A stretch of DNA of 63,732 nt, the filler included, from Aduncisulcus paluster (taxonomy: Eukaryota), in NCBI GenBank assembly GCA_024181965.1. It is 5 parts of 5 records of this genome, joined end to end, with 100 filler letters (N's around TTAATTAATTAA, not from the genome) between each part and the next. Parts side by side here need not be neighbours in the genome. Positions count along the whole stretch, not along the records: positions 45,060 to 61,262 come from BQXS01012673.1; 4 more parts are not named here. One strand, given 5' to 3'. The notes under the pieces were generated by a model, which saw nothing but the letters and a program-made list of their open reading frames with translations, was not told the origin of the DNA and ran no database searches. Positions within the stretch are counted from its first letter, which is position 1. Each line of letters opens with the position of its first letter. Of the stretch, positions 46,851 to 56,177 are shown piece after piece. Both the position numbers and the translations under genes were made by a program.

Positions 46851-48674
46851 TTATTCTTCTTCTTCTTCCTTGCTGTCTCCCTTCATTTCGTCCATAATAT
46901 CGAGTTTGGAAATATTATCGTTTTCTTCAAAATACGTTGATGATTTAATCTGAGCTTGTGATTCAGAAGCATTAGTTGAGATAGGATTATCATATTTAGT
47001 TCCAAGATCCCCTTCTTCCGTCGACATTCCGGACATAATATGCCGCTTTTGTGAATATTGCGATATATCATCAGGAAATCTCCCTTCAAATTTGGCGATT
47101 GCGAGTGTGGCTGCTTGAGCACATTCCTTAATCTCCATATCCCGAGTTATCATCAACAAATAAAAAGTGGAGATGAACTTCTCGCAGATATCCTCACTGA
47201 TGCCAACACATACAGAAGCACATTGCACAATCGATTTCAGGGAACAATGCGATTCACTGACAAGAGCACTCCATAGTTCCAACCAGAGCACTTGAACATC
47301 GGTCATCACATGGGAATGGAGGAGAATATCATGTTTAGGCGCATGACTCGAGGGGATTGAATATTCATGAAGTTGTTGCCCTTTCTCCAGGCGAGAAAGA
47401 GCAGAATATATAGCAGAAAGTGAATCTAGACAAGTATGAGTGTCCAGGGATGACATTGTTGGAATAACATGAATGCCCAATCGGGAGCATATCAGTGCAG
47501 AAATCGGTGCCAAAGAAGGTCGCATTGAAGGGGCGAACAAATCAGATTTGTTTGCTTGAGAAATGATTGGAGAAATTGAATCAAAACTGATCTCATTGGC
47601 AGATACTGGCTGATCCACCTTTGTAACTTGATGTATCGAGGGTTTCCTTGTGCATTCAACACTTTCCAATTTGATCCCACATTCAATTTGAAGATGTCTC
47701 CTCTTCCCTGCAGATTGATGTTCAACACTTCCATCAGGAAGCAATGTGAATTGAGTATGGTCAAGAACAGAAGGAGATGGGAGACTCACCATAGTTGATG
47801 TAAGGGAACAAGGAGCAGGAGATTTGTCATCAACAGTTATTCTCGATGGTTTCAATAAACTCAAAGAATCCTGAATTTGAGGAGGAGAAGAAGTACAAAC
47901 ATCTTTGGATCGGGGTTGAGCTATACATGTATCATATTCATATTCATACTCATACTCCGGTTCAACAAAACTATCGGGGGCACTATGGGATAAATGAAAC
48001 TTCTTCTCGCGCTCTTTTCGTTCGATCTCTTGGACATGGCGGAGATATGGACTTAACTTTGTTTCAATACTTGGAGTAATCTTTTGTGATTTTGAACAAC
48101 TTTTCTTCCGAATACGATGTTTTGACCGAGAAATATTTGGATTTAACACAAGATTTAATTTTTTACGAATTTCCCCCTTTTCGTCTAATGAAAGAGCTTC
48201 CAACTTCAAAACTCCCAACAATTCATCAAGACTCCGAGTTTTAAATGATTTGTTCTTTTTGCTTGGAAATTCAGTTGTAGATATTTTGGCATCAAGGCTA
48301 CTGTTTAATAAACATCCAATAACCTCAGGATGAGAAGCTGTTGACGGAGAAGTAATGAAAAAATCAGAGGGAAAAGGGATACGTGGAGGGAAAAGAGATA
48401 AATCTATTGGTGAAAGAGAGAGAAATAAAGCTGGGTCATTTGAAATTCCAGCAACTATGGAGCCAGTAAAGAGCAATTCATGATACAACATATCTTCAAC
48501 AATATCAATAGAATACTCCGGTAATATGATATTTTCTGCCCAGAATTCAATGGACACTTCTTCAATTGCTTCCGAAACAATAGCTAATGATTGTTTGAAG
48601 CTTCTCTTTTCTTCACCTCGAATAAATAATGCTGCTTTATATCTACACTTACTATAAAATATAGCTACATCCAT
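46851..48674 (-). CDS. Hypothetical protein
   Basis: 607-aa ATG ORF; no family recognised. Confidence 0.75.
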   Translation of the reverse strand: MDVAIFYSKCRYKAALFIRGEEKRSFKQSLAIVSEAIEEVSIEFWAENIILPEYSIDIVEDMLYHELLFTGSIVAGISNDPALFLSLSPIDLSLFPPRIPFPSDFFITSPSTASHPEVIGCLLNSSLDAKISTTEFPSKKNKSFKTRSLDELLGVLKLEALSLDEKGEIRKKLNLVLNPNISRSKHRIRKKSCSKSQKITPSIETKLSPYLRHVQEIERKEREKKFHLSHSAPDSFVEPEYEYEYEYDTCIAQPRSKDVCTSSPPQIQDSLSLLKPSRITVDDKSPAPCSLTSTMVSLPSPSVLDHTQFTLLPDGSVEHQSAGKRRHLQIECGIKLESVECTRKPSIHQVTKVDQPVSANEISFDSISPIISQANKSDLFAPSMRPSLAPISALICSRLGIHVIPTMSSLDTHTCLDSLSAIYSALSRLEKGQQLHEYSIPSSHAPKHDILLHSHVMTDVQVLWLELWSALVSESHCSLKSIVQCASVCVGISEDICEKFISTFYLLMITRDMEIKECAQAATLAIAKFEGRFPDDISQYSQKRHIMSGMSTEEGDLGTKYDNPISTNASESQAQIKSSTYFEENDNISKLDIMDEMKGDSKEEEEE

Positions 48675-48768
48675 TTGTTAATTTTTTGCAAAAATAATTT
48701 TATAAGAATGAAGAAAACGAAGCAAACAGAGCAATTCACTCCATCAAGCCTTTGGATCAAATGGAAAG

Positions 48769-49827
48769 ATGGTATACACTTTTAACATTTTAAGTGAAGA
48801 TTCTCTCAAACTATATATTAAAGAAATTCTAATATTACCCAATAATACCTCAAGTTTTAATGCGCTTTCTGAAAAAGGGATTCACCCATCATTGGAGAAT
48901 CTTCGCGAGATATTTCCAGTTAAAGAGAGTAGAATATTTCGATTATTTTCGAAATCATTGAGTTGCATTATCTTTTGGTTCCCGCCTGCCGCTGATTGTC
49001 TCTGGTTAAAAAGTTTTGTATTTCCTTTTGTTTATTTATTTAAAATGGATAAAATCGCATGCTTCGAGACAATATTAACATTGATTTTGAATTGGACAAG
49101 AGAATGGTTCCAATATTTTCCAGCTGCTCCACTCCTATGCCCGTCCTTGGCTTTCATTGAAGAATGTGTATTCAAGCAAAATCCAAGGCTTTATGACATT
49201 CTTACTTCCCATTTCTCAATTAATGTTCGTGAATTGGGTTGGGTTTTAGTTAGTACATTCTTTTCTGAAGCCTTTGGAAGAGTTGAATGGATGCAATTCA
49301 CTGTTTCTGTTGTTGAAAGGGTTCCCAAATACTTTTATGCCGCGGCAGCAGGATATATTTGCCTGCTTGCGAAAGATATTCAAAAGATTATGTCTGAGAG
49401 TTCTGTGTGCACGAGTTGTGTGCTTACGACACCAAAGACTGAATGTTCCAAGCTAGAATTTGAAGCCATCATTCCTTCCGCACATGATCAATATATTAGG
49501 TTCCAAGTGTTTCAATTACTTAGGCAGCCCCATTATAATATTACTCCAACGAAATTGACCTCTTTTGTTGAGACATTACTTCGGAAGCATTATGGAATGT
49601 CAGCCAAGGAAATCAAAGGTCCAGCTTCTTCCTTTGAACCTTTACCAAAATATTCAAGGCATCTCTGTGAAGTTGGAAGCACGCGGTCAAGATTAGTCAG
49701 GGCAATATATCCACTTCCCCCAGAAATTCCTTCATCCTATTCCATTGTCTCGAAGGAAGAATACCTGAAAGAATGCGAAGAAAGAGAGATATTTTTAAAG
49801 GAAAAGAAATCATCAATAACAAAATAA
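48769..49827 (+). CDS. TBC1D31: TBC1D31 (WDR67)-like Rab-GAP TBC domain protein
   Basis: LPNNTSSFNALSEKGIHP, FVFPFVYLF, CFETILTLILNWTREWFQYFP and STFFSEAF..EW match the TBC1D31 TBC region. Confidence 0.8.
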   Translation: MVYTFNILSEDSLKLYIKEILILPNNTSSFNALSEKGIHPSLENLREIFPVKESRIFRLFSKSLSCIIFWFPPAADCLWLKSFVFPFVYLFKMDKIACFETILTLILNWTREWFQYFPAAPLLCPSLAFIEECVFKQNPRLYDILTSHFSINVRELGWVLVSTFFSEAFGRVEWMQFTVSVVERVPKYFYAAAAGYICLLAKDIQKIMSESSVCTSCVLTTPKTECSKLEFEAIIPSAHDQYIRFQVFQLLRQPHYNITPTKLTSFVETLLRKHYGMSAKEIKGPASSFEPLPKYSRHLCEVGSTRSRLVRAIYPLPPEIPSSYSIVSKEEYLKECEEREIFLKEKKSSITK

Positions 49828-50490
49828 GAAGAATAAGAATTCATTCTGAAATTCATTCATGAAATCATACACAACGCATCTGATTTCAACACGCCTGGGG
49901 ACTCTAGGAGTGAGAGGAGCAGGAGGTGGAAAGAAAGACTCCTGGTCCGGCTTGGATGTGCATTATGTCGCAGAGAGCTGTGCTGTCTCAAGGATTATGA
50001 AATGAAGACTTTGGAAACTGATCCCAGACCGCCTGTATGACGTGTCTGGAGACCTCTGTTTTAAACCAAAAACTGAAGTTTTTCTGAAAGAAAAATTTAT
50101 ATAGCAAAATATTACTTATCAAAAGNNNNNNNNNNNNNNNNNNNNAAAGAGAGATATTTTTAAAGGAAAAGAAATCATCAATAACAAAATAAGAAGAATA
50201 AGAATTCATTCTGAAATTCATTCATGAAATCATACACAACGCATCTGATTTCAACACGCATGGGGACTCTAGGAGTGAGAGGAGCAGGAGGTGGAAAGAA
50301 AGACTCCTGGTCCGGCTTGGATGTGCATTATGTCGCAGAGAGCTGTGCTGTCTCAAGGATTATGAAATGAAGACTTTGGAAACTGATCCCAGACCGCCTG
50401 TATGACGTGTCTGGAGACCTCTGTTTTAAACCAAAAACTGAAGTTTTTCTGAAAGAAAAATTTATATAGCAAAATATTACTTATCAAAAG
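49781..50490. repeat. Gap-flanking duplicated overlap with one substitution
   Basis: 49781-50125 recurs at 50146-50490; C49895 versus A50260. Confidence 0.9.
49870..50070. ncRNA. Candidate structured ncRNA (unidentified) between convergent genes
   Basis: GC-rich non-coding island; stems GGAGCAGGAG(49916)/CTCCTGGTCC(49939) and CCAGAC(50024)/GTCTGG(50044). Confidence 0.3.
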
Positions 50491-50606
50491 GAAGTCTTTG
50501 TTTATTTCTTTTTGCACAAGTGCAGAGCTATCCGTATTTATATTGCCGAAAATTAAACTTCAAGAAATAGAAAGCCAAAATCATTAGAACTTAAAGACAA
50601 AATTTA

Positions 50607-51293
50607 TTAGGCCTCAACGATAAGAGAAGACTCCGAAGTTGTGTGGAAGTACATCTCATCAATACAACCGGAGCCAAAGAAGAAGATTGCGTATATCACA
50701 ATGAATACCGCAATTCTATCAATAAAGGACTGCAATATTTTGAATAATAACTTAATTTGGATTCTAAATCCCGCCAAATATTTCATCCCAAGGAAGAGAG
50801 CTTCGATGGTAAAATATACACGCCAACATCCAAAACGATTGAAAATTCGATGGAAAAATATGCTTACAACAGTGGGATTTTGTTCTATAATGGAAGAAAG
50901 AAGAGAAGAATCATGAATTCCGATCAAAACGGCGAACAAACACGAGAAGATAACGTGCAATATAGAGATGTAAGAAATATATTTTGACGGTGGTGTTGTT
51001 TTGTTTTTGGAAAAAGAATCAATTTTTGGTGAAATAGATGAAAATATTCCATTTAGAATACTTGGTAAATCTATATTTCCAGGAGATTCATCATCAAGGT
51101 GTGGGTGGATATCTCTAGCTAATGAAACAGCATTAATTCCACTAGGGGAAGAAGTTTCTTTCATCGATTCCGATTCAGAGGGTGAATTTTGGATAGCTTC
51201 GATAACATCCATTCCTTGGGCCATGGCCATTCTTTCTCTACTTTTGGCTAAAAGACGTTTTCTTCTCTCATCAGCAGTGATAGTTGATGACAT
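50607..51293 (-). CDS. Get2/CAML-like tail-anchored protein insertion receptor
   Basis: N-terminal ERRKRLLAKSRERMAMAQG resembles CAML RRRKLL..SE.RI.RIMG; disordered linker; three C-terminal TM helices. Confidence 0.65.
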   Translation of the reverse strand: MSSTITADERRKRLLAKSRERMAMAQGMDVIEAIQNSPSESESMKETSSPSGINAVSLARDIHPHLDDESPGNIDLPSILNGIFSSISPKIDSFSKNKTTPPSKYISYISILHVIFSCLFAVLIGIHDSSLLSSIIEQNPTVVSIFFHRIFNRFGCWRVYFTIEALFLGMKYLAGFRIQIKLLFKILQSFIDRIAVFIVIYAIFFFGSGCIDEMYFHTTSESSLIVEA

Positions 51294-51369
51294 TTCTAAT
51301 TCCTATGGCTGGCAAATAGAGAAATAAATGATTTTGAAGATCAAAATCAATTTGATGCCAAAATCATGA

Positions 51370-51687
51370 TTATTGTGACATGTTCAAATGATATTTCAGT
51401 ATTTTTCAATAAAATTACAAAATTTTTTTATTCCCTATTTTGTCACCTGCCTCCAGATAAGCTTTAATATCAAATCCAAAAATTATTGAGTTTTTTGTTT
51501 ATTATCAGGTTAAATTTTTCTCAATCATGTTTCTTTTGTCTGTTTAAAATACGTTGAGGACGATTCTACATGTGTTAGTTTGTTAATTCAGGCAACAGTT
51601 GTCATTTGTCACCTGTGAAACTTGTCAAATTGTCGCATGATCTTCTAAAGATGTTGACTGTTTTTTGCTGAGATTTTTCAGATTAAA
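51370..51687 (+). promoter_or_regulatory. Motif-rich upstream region of the cyst wall protein gene
   Basis: TTTGTCACCTG twice (51439, 51605), TTGTCA at 51599 and 51622, TGACA at 51376, CAACAG at 51593, TTGACT at 51654. Confidence 0.5.
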
Positions 51688-52986
51688 ATGAACAAATTAT
51701 TGGGAGTGTTTTTTGTTGCTCTCTTAGCCCTTGTTTTTGCTCAATGCGAATTGGAATGTGAAGTTCCTGGGGATGAAGAGGAAGTCAAATATTGGCTGGA
51801 ATTGCTCTATGAAGAGACAAATGGAGATGAATGGACCCATAACGATGGTTGGTTATCAGATGATGATTATTGTGAATGGTATGGTGTTACTTGTGAGGAT
51901 GGAGTTCTTCGTCATCTTCTTCTTCAAGACAATAACTTGGTTGGAACTGTTCCTGAAGAAATTGGTTGCTTAACTGAGTTAAAGACTTTGTACCTCTCTC
52001 ACAACCCTGATCTTATTTTCGAAGACAACATCGATTGGTTCTGTTGTCTTGAAGCTCTCAAATACTTCCACATCAATCACACTAAGTTAATTGATGATGT
52101 TACTATCCCTGAATGTCTCTGTACTCATCAAGGTATCCAGTACTTCTATGTTCAACACACTCATATGACTGGTCCTATCCCTGATTGCTGTGATGTTGAT
52201 GATCCTGTTCCCGGTGGCCAAGAATTCCACTTTGAATGCACTGATATGACTGGCGACATTCCAGAGTGGTTCAAAGATCTTGTTGGTCTTATAGAAATCT
52301 ACACTTGGTGTTCTGAGTTTAACAATGGAGGATGCCCTGAGTGGGATTGGGAAGACTTTGAAGGTAAAATCCATTGTGGAGCTGATGTGTTCCAATGTGA
52401 AGAGCTTTGTGGAAAAGATTGTCCCCATGACAAATGTAAACCCTTCCTTCATATCTTTGATGATTGCACCTATAAGTACAAAGGAAAGGTAAACGAATTC
52501 AAACATGAGGATAAAGATGATAAGAAAGACAAAGATTCCAAGCATGATGAAAAACGTGACAAGGACCAACACAGAGACAAAGATTCCAAACATGATGAAA
52601 AACGTGACAAGGACCAAGATCACCGCGACTCCGACCGTAGACGTGACTCTAGAATCTCAGGAAGACGTGATCGTGACAGAGACTACGAAGAACGTGATGA
52701 GCGCGACAGGGACTACGAACAAGACCGCGATAGAGACTACGAGGAACGTGATGACCGTGACAGGGACTACGAGGAACGTGATGACCGTGACAGGGACTAC
52801 GAGGAACGTGATGACCGTGACAGGGACTACGAGGAACGTGATGACCGCGACAGGGACTACGAGGAACGTGATGACCGCGACAGGGACTACGAGGAACGCG
52901 ATGACCGTGACACCGATCGTAGACGTGACACCAGACACTCTGGAAGACGTGACAGAGATTATGACAGAGATCGTATCCACCGTTAA
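51688..52986 (+). CDS. cwp: Giardia-type cyst wall protein (CWP) homolog with a charged repeat tail
   Basis: Signal peptide; LYEETNGDEW...WLSDDDYCEWYGVTC cap; LRRs GTVPEEIGCLTELKTLYLS, TIPECLC, TGPIPDC, EFHFEC..MTGDIP; Cys-rich domain. Order and Cys spacing match CWP1-3 as I recall them. Confidence 0.85.
   Translation: MNKLLGVFFVALLALVFAQCELECEVPGDEEEVKYWLELLYEETNGDEWTHNDGWLSDDDYCEWYGVTCEDGVLRHLLLQDNNLVGTVPEEIGCLTELKTLYLSHNPDLIFEDNIDWFCCLEALKYFHINHTKLIDDVTIPECLCTHQGIQYFYVQHTHMTGPIPDCCDVDDPVPGGQEFHFECTDMTGDIPEWFKDLVGLIEIYTWCSEFNNGGCPEWDWEDFEGKIHCGADVFQCEELCGKDCPHDKCKPFLHIFDDCTYKYKGKVNEFKHEDKDDKKDKDSKHDEKRDKDQHRDKDSKHDEKRDKDQDHRDSDRRRDSRISGRRDRDRDYEERDERDRDYEQDRDRDYEERDDRDRDYEERDDRDRDYEERDDRDRDYEERDDRDRDYEERDDRDRDYEERDDRDTDRRRDTRHSGRRDRDYDRDRIHR
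52528..52911 (+). repeat. Coding tandem repeats: 45-bp x2 (DKDSKHDEKRDKDQ) and 30-bp x~6 (DYEERDDRDR)
   Basis: Unit GACTACGAGGAACGTGATGACCG(T/C)GACAGG from 52735, with synonymous variation between copies. Confidence 0.95.
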
Positions 52987-53373
52987 GAACCGCGTGCTCC
53001 AATTTCTATTCATTAATTTCTTTTTTTGTGTGTCTGTACAATAAAGAATTACACTAATTCACCCTATTTATTTCATTCATGATTCGGCTGGGAAACACAT
53101 TATCATTCAGGTCAAATCATCTTGAGAGTCTACATTCGCCAACAATTTATTGATCAGAAAGTTGAATTATAAACTATATAAATAAATGATTGTATCAATT
53201 CCATTCAAAATTGTAAGTGCAAAAAAATGTTCAAATGTATCAAATAATCAAAAATGAAAGGTGATATTCTTTCTCTCTATTCCTCTCTGCACACTCCTTT
53301 CATCATTGTATGTACAAATATTATATTATATATACTTTTATATGACATATTGTAAGTAAAATGGGTCAATCAA

Positions 53374-55764
53374 TCATTCAATCGTTCCACTCTTGTGCTG
53401 TTCGATTGAACGACACAATTGTTCTTCAAGAAGGAGTTTATGTTTAAAAGCAGCCAACTTCTCCTGCAACTCAGAAATGATTGTTGTTTTACGAGCTAAT
53501 ATATTCTCTAATTTAGTCACCCATGCATCGGTCTCAACTTCACCCTTTTCCACTTCACAGAGAAGACTGACTTCCTCACGAACAAGGTTCACCATGGCAT
53601 CAACCTCTTGTCGATGGGTGAATACAATGTCATCCTCCTCAGTTAATAAAGTAGCAGCAACATCTTGGTGAGTTTTCTCGAGCTCATCACCTTCGTCCAG
53701 GCCTTCCTCATCAATGTCAACACTCGCATAGATAGCCTCAGGTTCAGAGGAGGACGAAGAAGCGGACCGAGAATGTGAAGGCTTCCCAGAGAACGAAGGT
53801 TGGGGGATAGAAGACGCTTGAGACGATTGGATGGGAGGATGAATAGGAGAAGCATCTTTCTCCATCTTTTGAAGATATTCAGCCTCAACTTTTGCACGCA
53901 CTTCAGCCTCTATTCTTTCACGCATACCCTCTTCCGTCTCCTTCTCACGTTTCCTCGTATCCCTCTGTCCAGGTCTAGGTTTACGAGCAGCAAGTTTCTT
54001 GGCAGCAGCAGGAGGTACAACCTTGTTACTATTACCATTAGGGATACTACTTCTGCTTCCCCTGCTCTCCCTCCTCTTCTCAGATTCTCCGGACCCACTG
54101 TCCTTCTTCTTGCGACGCTTAAGCACCTTTCCTCCAATGCCACGACCAGTAGCACATTCATTCTCAGCCAAAGGAACGACAGGATACTTACGAATCTTCT
54201 CACCTGGCTTAGTTCCAAGCTCTTTCACACGATAGGCGTATCTCAAAGTGTTCAAAGTATTTTCAGCAGCCTTGTCATTTGGTGAGAGATTGGCAATCAT
54301 TACGGTTCGAGCATCACCAATGAATGAATCCTTGAGAACCATGGTGAGCTTACTACCACGGAAAGGAAGATGTTTAGATCCACGATCAAGGGCCCTAATG
54401 CACTCCTTCAGAGCAAGCAAACTCTTATTAATTTCAGCACCTTCCATTCTTGTCCTACGATCAGTGTTCATGGTATCAGCTGCACGCTCACTTCCAGCGA
54501 GATCAATGAATGAGATCTTCCCGTAGATTTCATCATCAACGTCACGAAGCACAATCTGAAGGATTGCGTGAGACCGACTACTATCAGCATTCACACCAGT
54601 GGCACCAACAGAACGACTGGTCAAACCATCATTGATATGTGACAAAAGCTCTTTTGTATTGCGAATGGGTCTCTCATCAAGACCAGAGATACACACATTC
54701 CCTGTTCCATCCTCACGAGCCCACAACCTCTTACGACTATTTAAAAGATCAAATAACTTCCCGCCGTATATCTCAAAGAATGAAACATGGGCAGACAAAT
54801 CAAGTTCTCGATGCTCAGGCTTCTCAAGCTCTTTAAAGATATCAGCAGCGGCAAGAACGTATATTCCAGTGTTCTTCTCCATCATAGTATATGTCTTTCC
54901 AGCTCCAGTCTGCCCGTAACAAAAACATGTCGCTTTCTTTCCGGCAAAAATATTCTTTACAAGTGGACGAGCGGTGTAATAATAAACCTCTTGATTATGG
55001 GCCTTTTCAGAGAAAACTTGGTCAAAATGATATGAATGAACTTCTGTAAACTTTGTCAGATCTACTTTAACCTTGGGTTCATGGATACTGACCTGATTCC
55101 AACTTTCACAAGTACAAATATCACGTTCCTTTCTCAACTTCTCTTTGGGGTTTAGAGGACGTTTACGAACAACCACACGAATCCTCTGATCTATTGTTTG
55201 CTCTAATTCATAATCAGAAGGAACCAATGTCCCCTGGGGGGTCTCGATTCCAATTCCACTATCACGAACACCACCGGTAATAGATTTAGGTGCTGGAGGT
55301 TTCATTGTTACAGCCATCGATTGGGGCGCATGTTTTTGTTCTTGGGGTTCCCTATGATGAATCGGGATAGCGCCACGAGAAGCAATATCACCAGGTTGAT
55401 GAACAGGACTATAATCATCATCCCAACTAAAAAAGAAGGCACCACCTCCAGGAGTCCCAACATTTCTTGGAGGAGATATCTCTCCTATATCCATATCTCC
55501 ACCAACAGAGGCCACAGGGGTACTTTCAGCCTTAGTCGACGGAGAAATACTTGTTTGGGAAGAATATCCTAAGGATCTCCTGAGTTGTTGAACCTGACGG
55601 AATAATTTTTGTTTGTCTGGAAGATAATGAATCCCTAGAGAAGAGTAATCATGAACATCAAGCCCAAGAAAAACTTGTGGAGAAATTTTCTGTTCTTCAA
55701 AGGTTTTATAATACTTTTCAAGTCCTGCTTCAGCTAACCATTTATATACTTGTTTTGAAGACAT
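53374..55764 (-). CDS. Kinesin-13 with N-terminal SAM domain (KIF24-like)
   Basis: SAM (VYKWLAEAGLEKYYKTF...LGI), KVKVDLTK, YGQTGAGKT, NADSSRSH, IDLAGSER, GAEINKSLLALKECIRAL and a C-terminal coiled coil; likely ATG at 55764. Confidence 0.95.
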   Translation of the reverse strand: MSSKQVYKWLAEAGLEKYYKTFEEQKISPQVFLGLDVHDYSSLGIHYLPDKQKLFRQVQQLRRSLGYSSQTSISPSTKAESTPVASVGGDMDIGEISPPRNVGTPGGGAFFFSWDDDYSPVHQPGDIASRGAIPIHHREPQEQKHAPQSMAVTMKPPAPKSITGGVRDSGIGIETPQGTLVPSDYELEQTIDQRIRVVVRKRPLNPKEKLRKERDICTCESWNQVSIHEPKVKVDLTKFTEVHSYHFDQVFSEKAHNQEVYYYTARPLVKNIFAGKKATCFCYGQTGAGKTYTMMEKNTGIYVLAAADIFKELEKPEHRELDLSAHVSFFEIYGGKLFDLLNSRKRLWAREDGTGNVCISGLDERPIRNTKELLSHINDGLTSRSVGATGVNADSSRSHAILQIVLRDVDDEIYGKISFIDLAGSERAADTMNTDRRTRMEGAEINKSLLALKECIRALDRGSKHLPFRGSKLTMVLKDSFIGDARTVMIANLSPNDKAAENTLNTLRYAYRVKELGTKPGEKIRKYPVVPLAENECATGRGIGGKVLKRRKKKDSGSGESEKRRESRGSRSSIPNGNSNKVVPPAAAKKLAARKPRPGQRDTRKREKETEEGMRERIEAEVRAKVEAEYLQKMEKDASPIHPPIQSSQASSIPQPSFSGKPSHSRSASSSSSEPEAIYASVDIDEEGLDEGDELEKTHQDVAATLLTEEDDIVFTHRQEVDAMVNLVREEVSLLCEVEKGEVETDAWVTKLENILARKTTIISELQEKLAAFKHKLLLEEQLCRSIEQHKSGTIE

Positions 55765-56177
55765 TATTATGTCAATTTTTTGGAGAGTGCAAACAAAATG
55801 ATGATTTGTCTTGAAAAACCAATAAATAAGAATATCAACGCAAAAATAACCAAATATATATAAAAAATGCCAGATTGCAAGAAATTTAGATTTGAATATC
55901 CTCGAGATTTGCTTGAAATTTAATATTGTCAATATCTTACAAATTATGCGTTAAATTTGGAAATTAAATGAATTTACTGCATTATAAAGGGAGGATCCAA
56001 GTAAAAATATGAGTTACTATGGTCTCATTCTTCAGTGTGAAAGTATATGAATGTACGGTAATACCGGCAACGGATTGTCCAAACCGGCAAATAGACTCAC
56101 ACAGTTCTTGTTTTCTTGCAGATAAGGGCGGTTCAAAATCTTAAACCTATTTTTTTTCCACAATATTGTATTTTAAA

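Noticed and set aside
16440..50490. Direct repeats of 100-360 bp around each 20-N gap, including twin ORFs 20998 and 21380
   Set aside because: Unmerged scaffold overlaps, not LTRs or gene duplicates.
52735..52911. 30-bp repeat array as a possible CRISPR
   Set aside because: No spacers, in-frame coding repeat, eukaryotic context, no cas genes.
38892..55764. Ciliary gene cluster (Cep70-like, TBC1D31, kinesin-13)
   Set aside because: Split across contigs and interspersed with unrelated genes; expected by chance in a flagellate.
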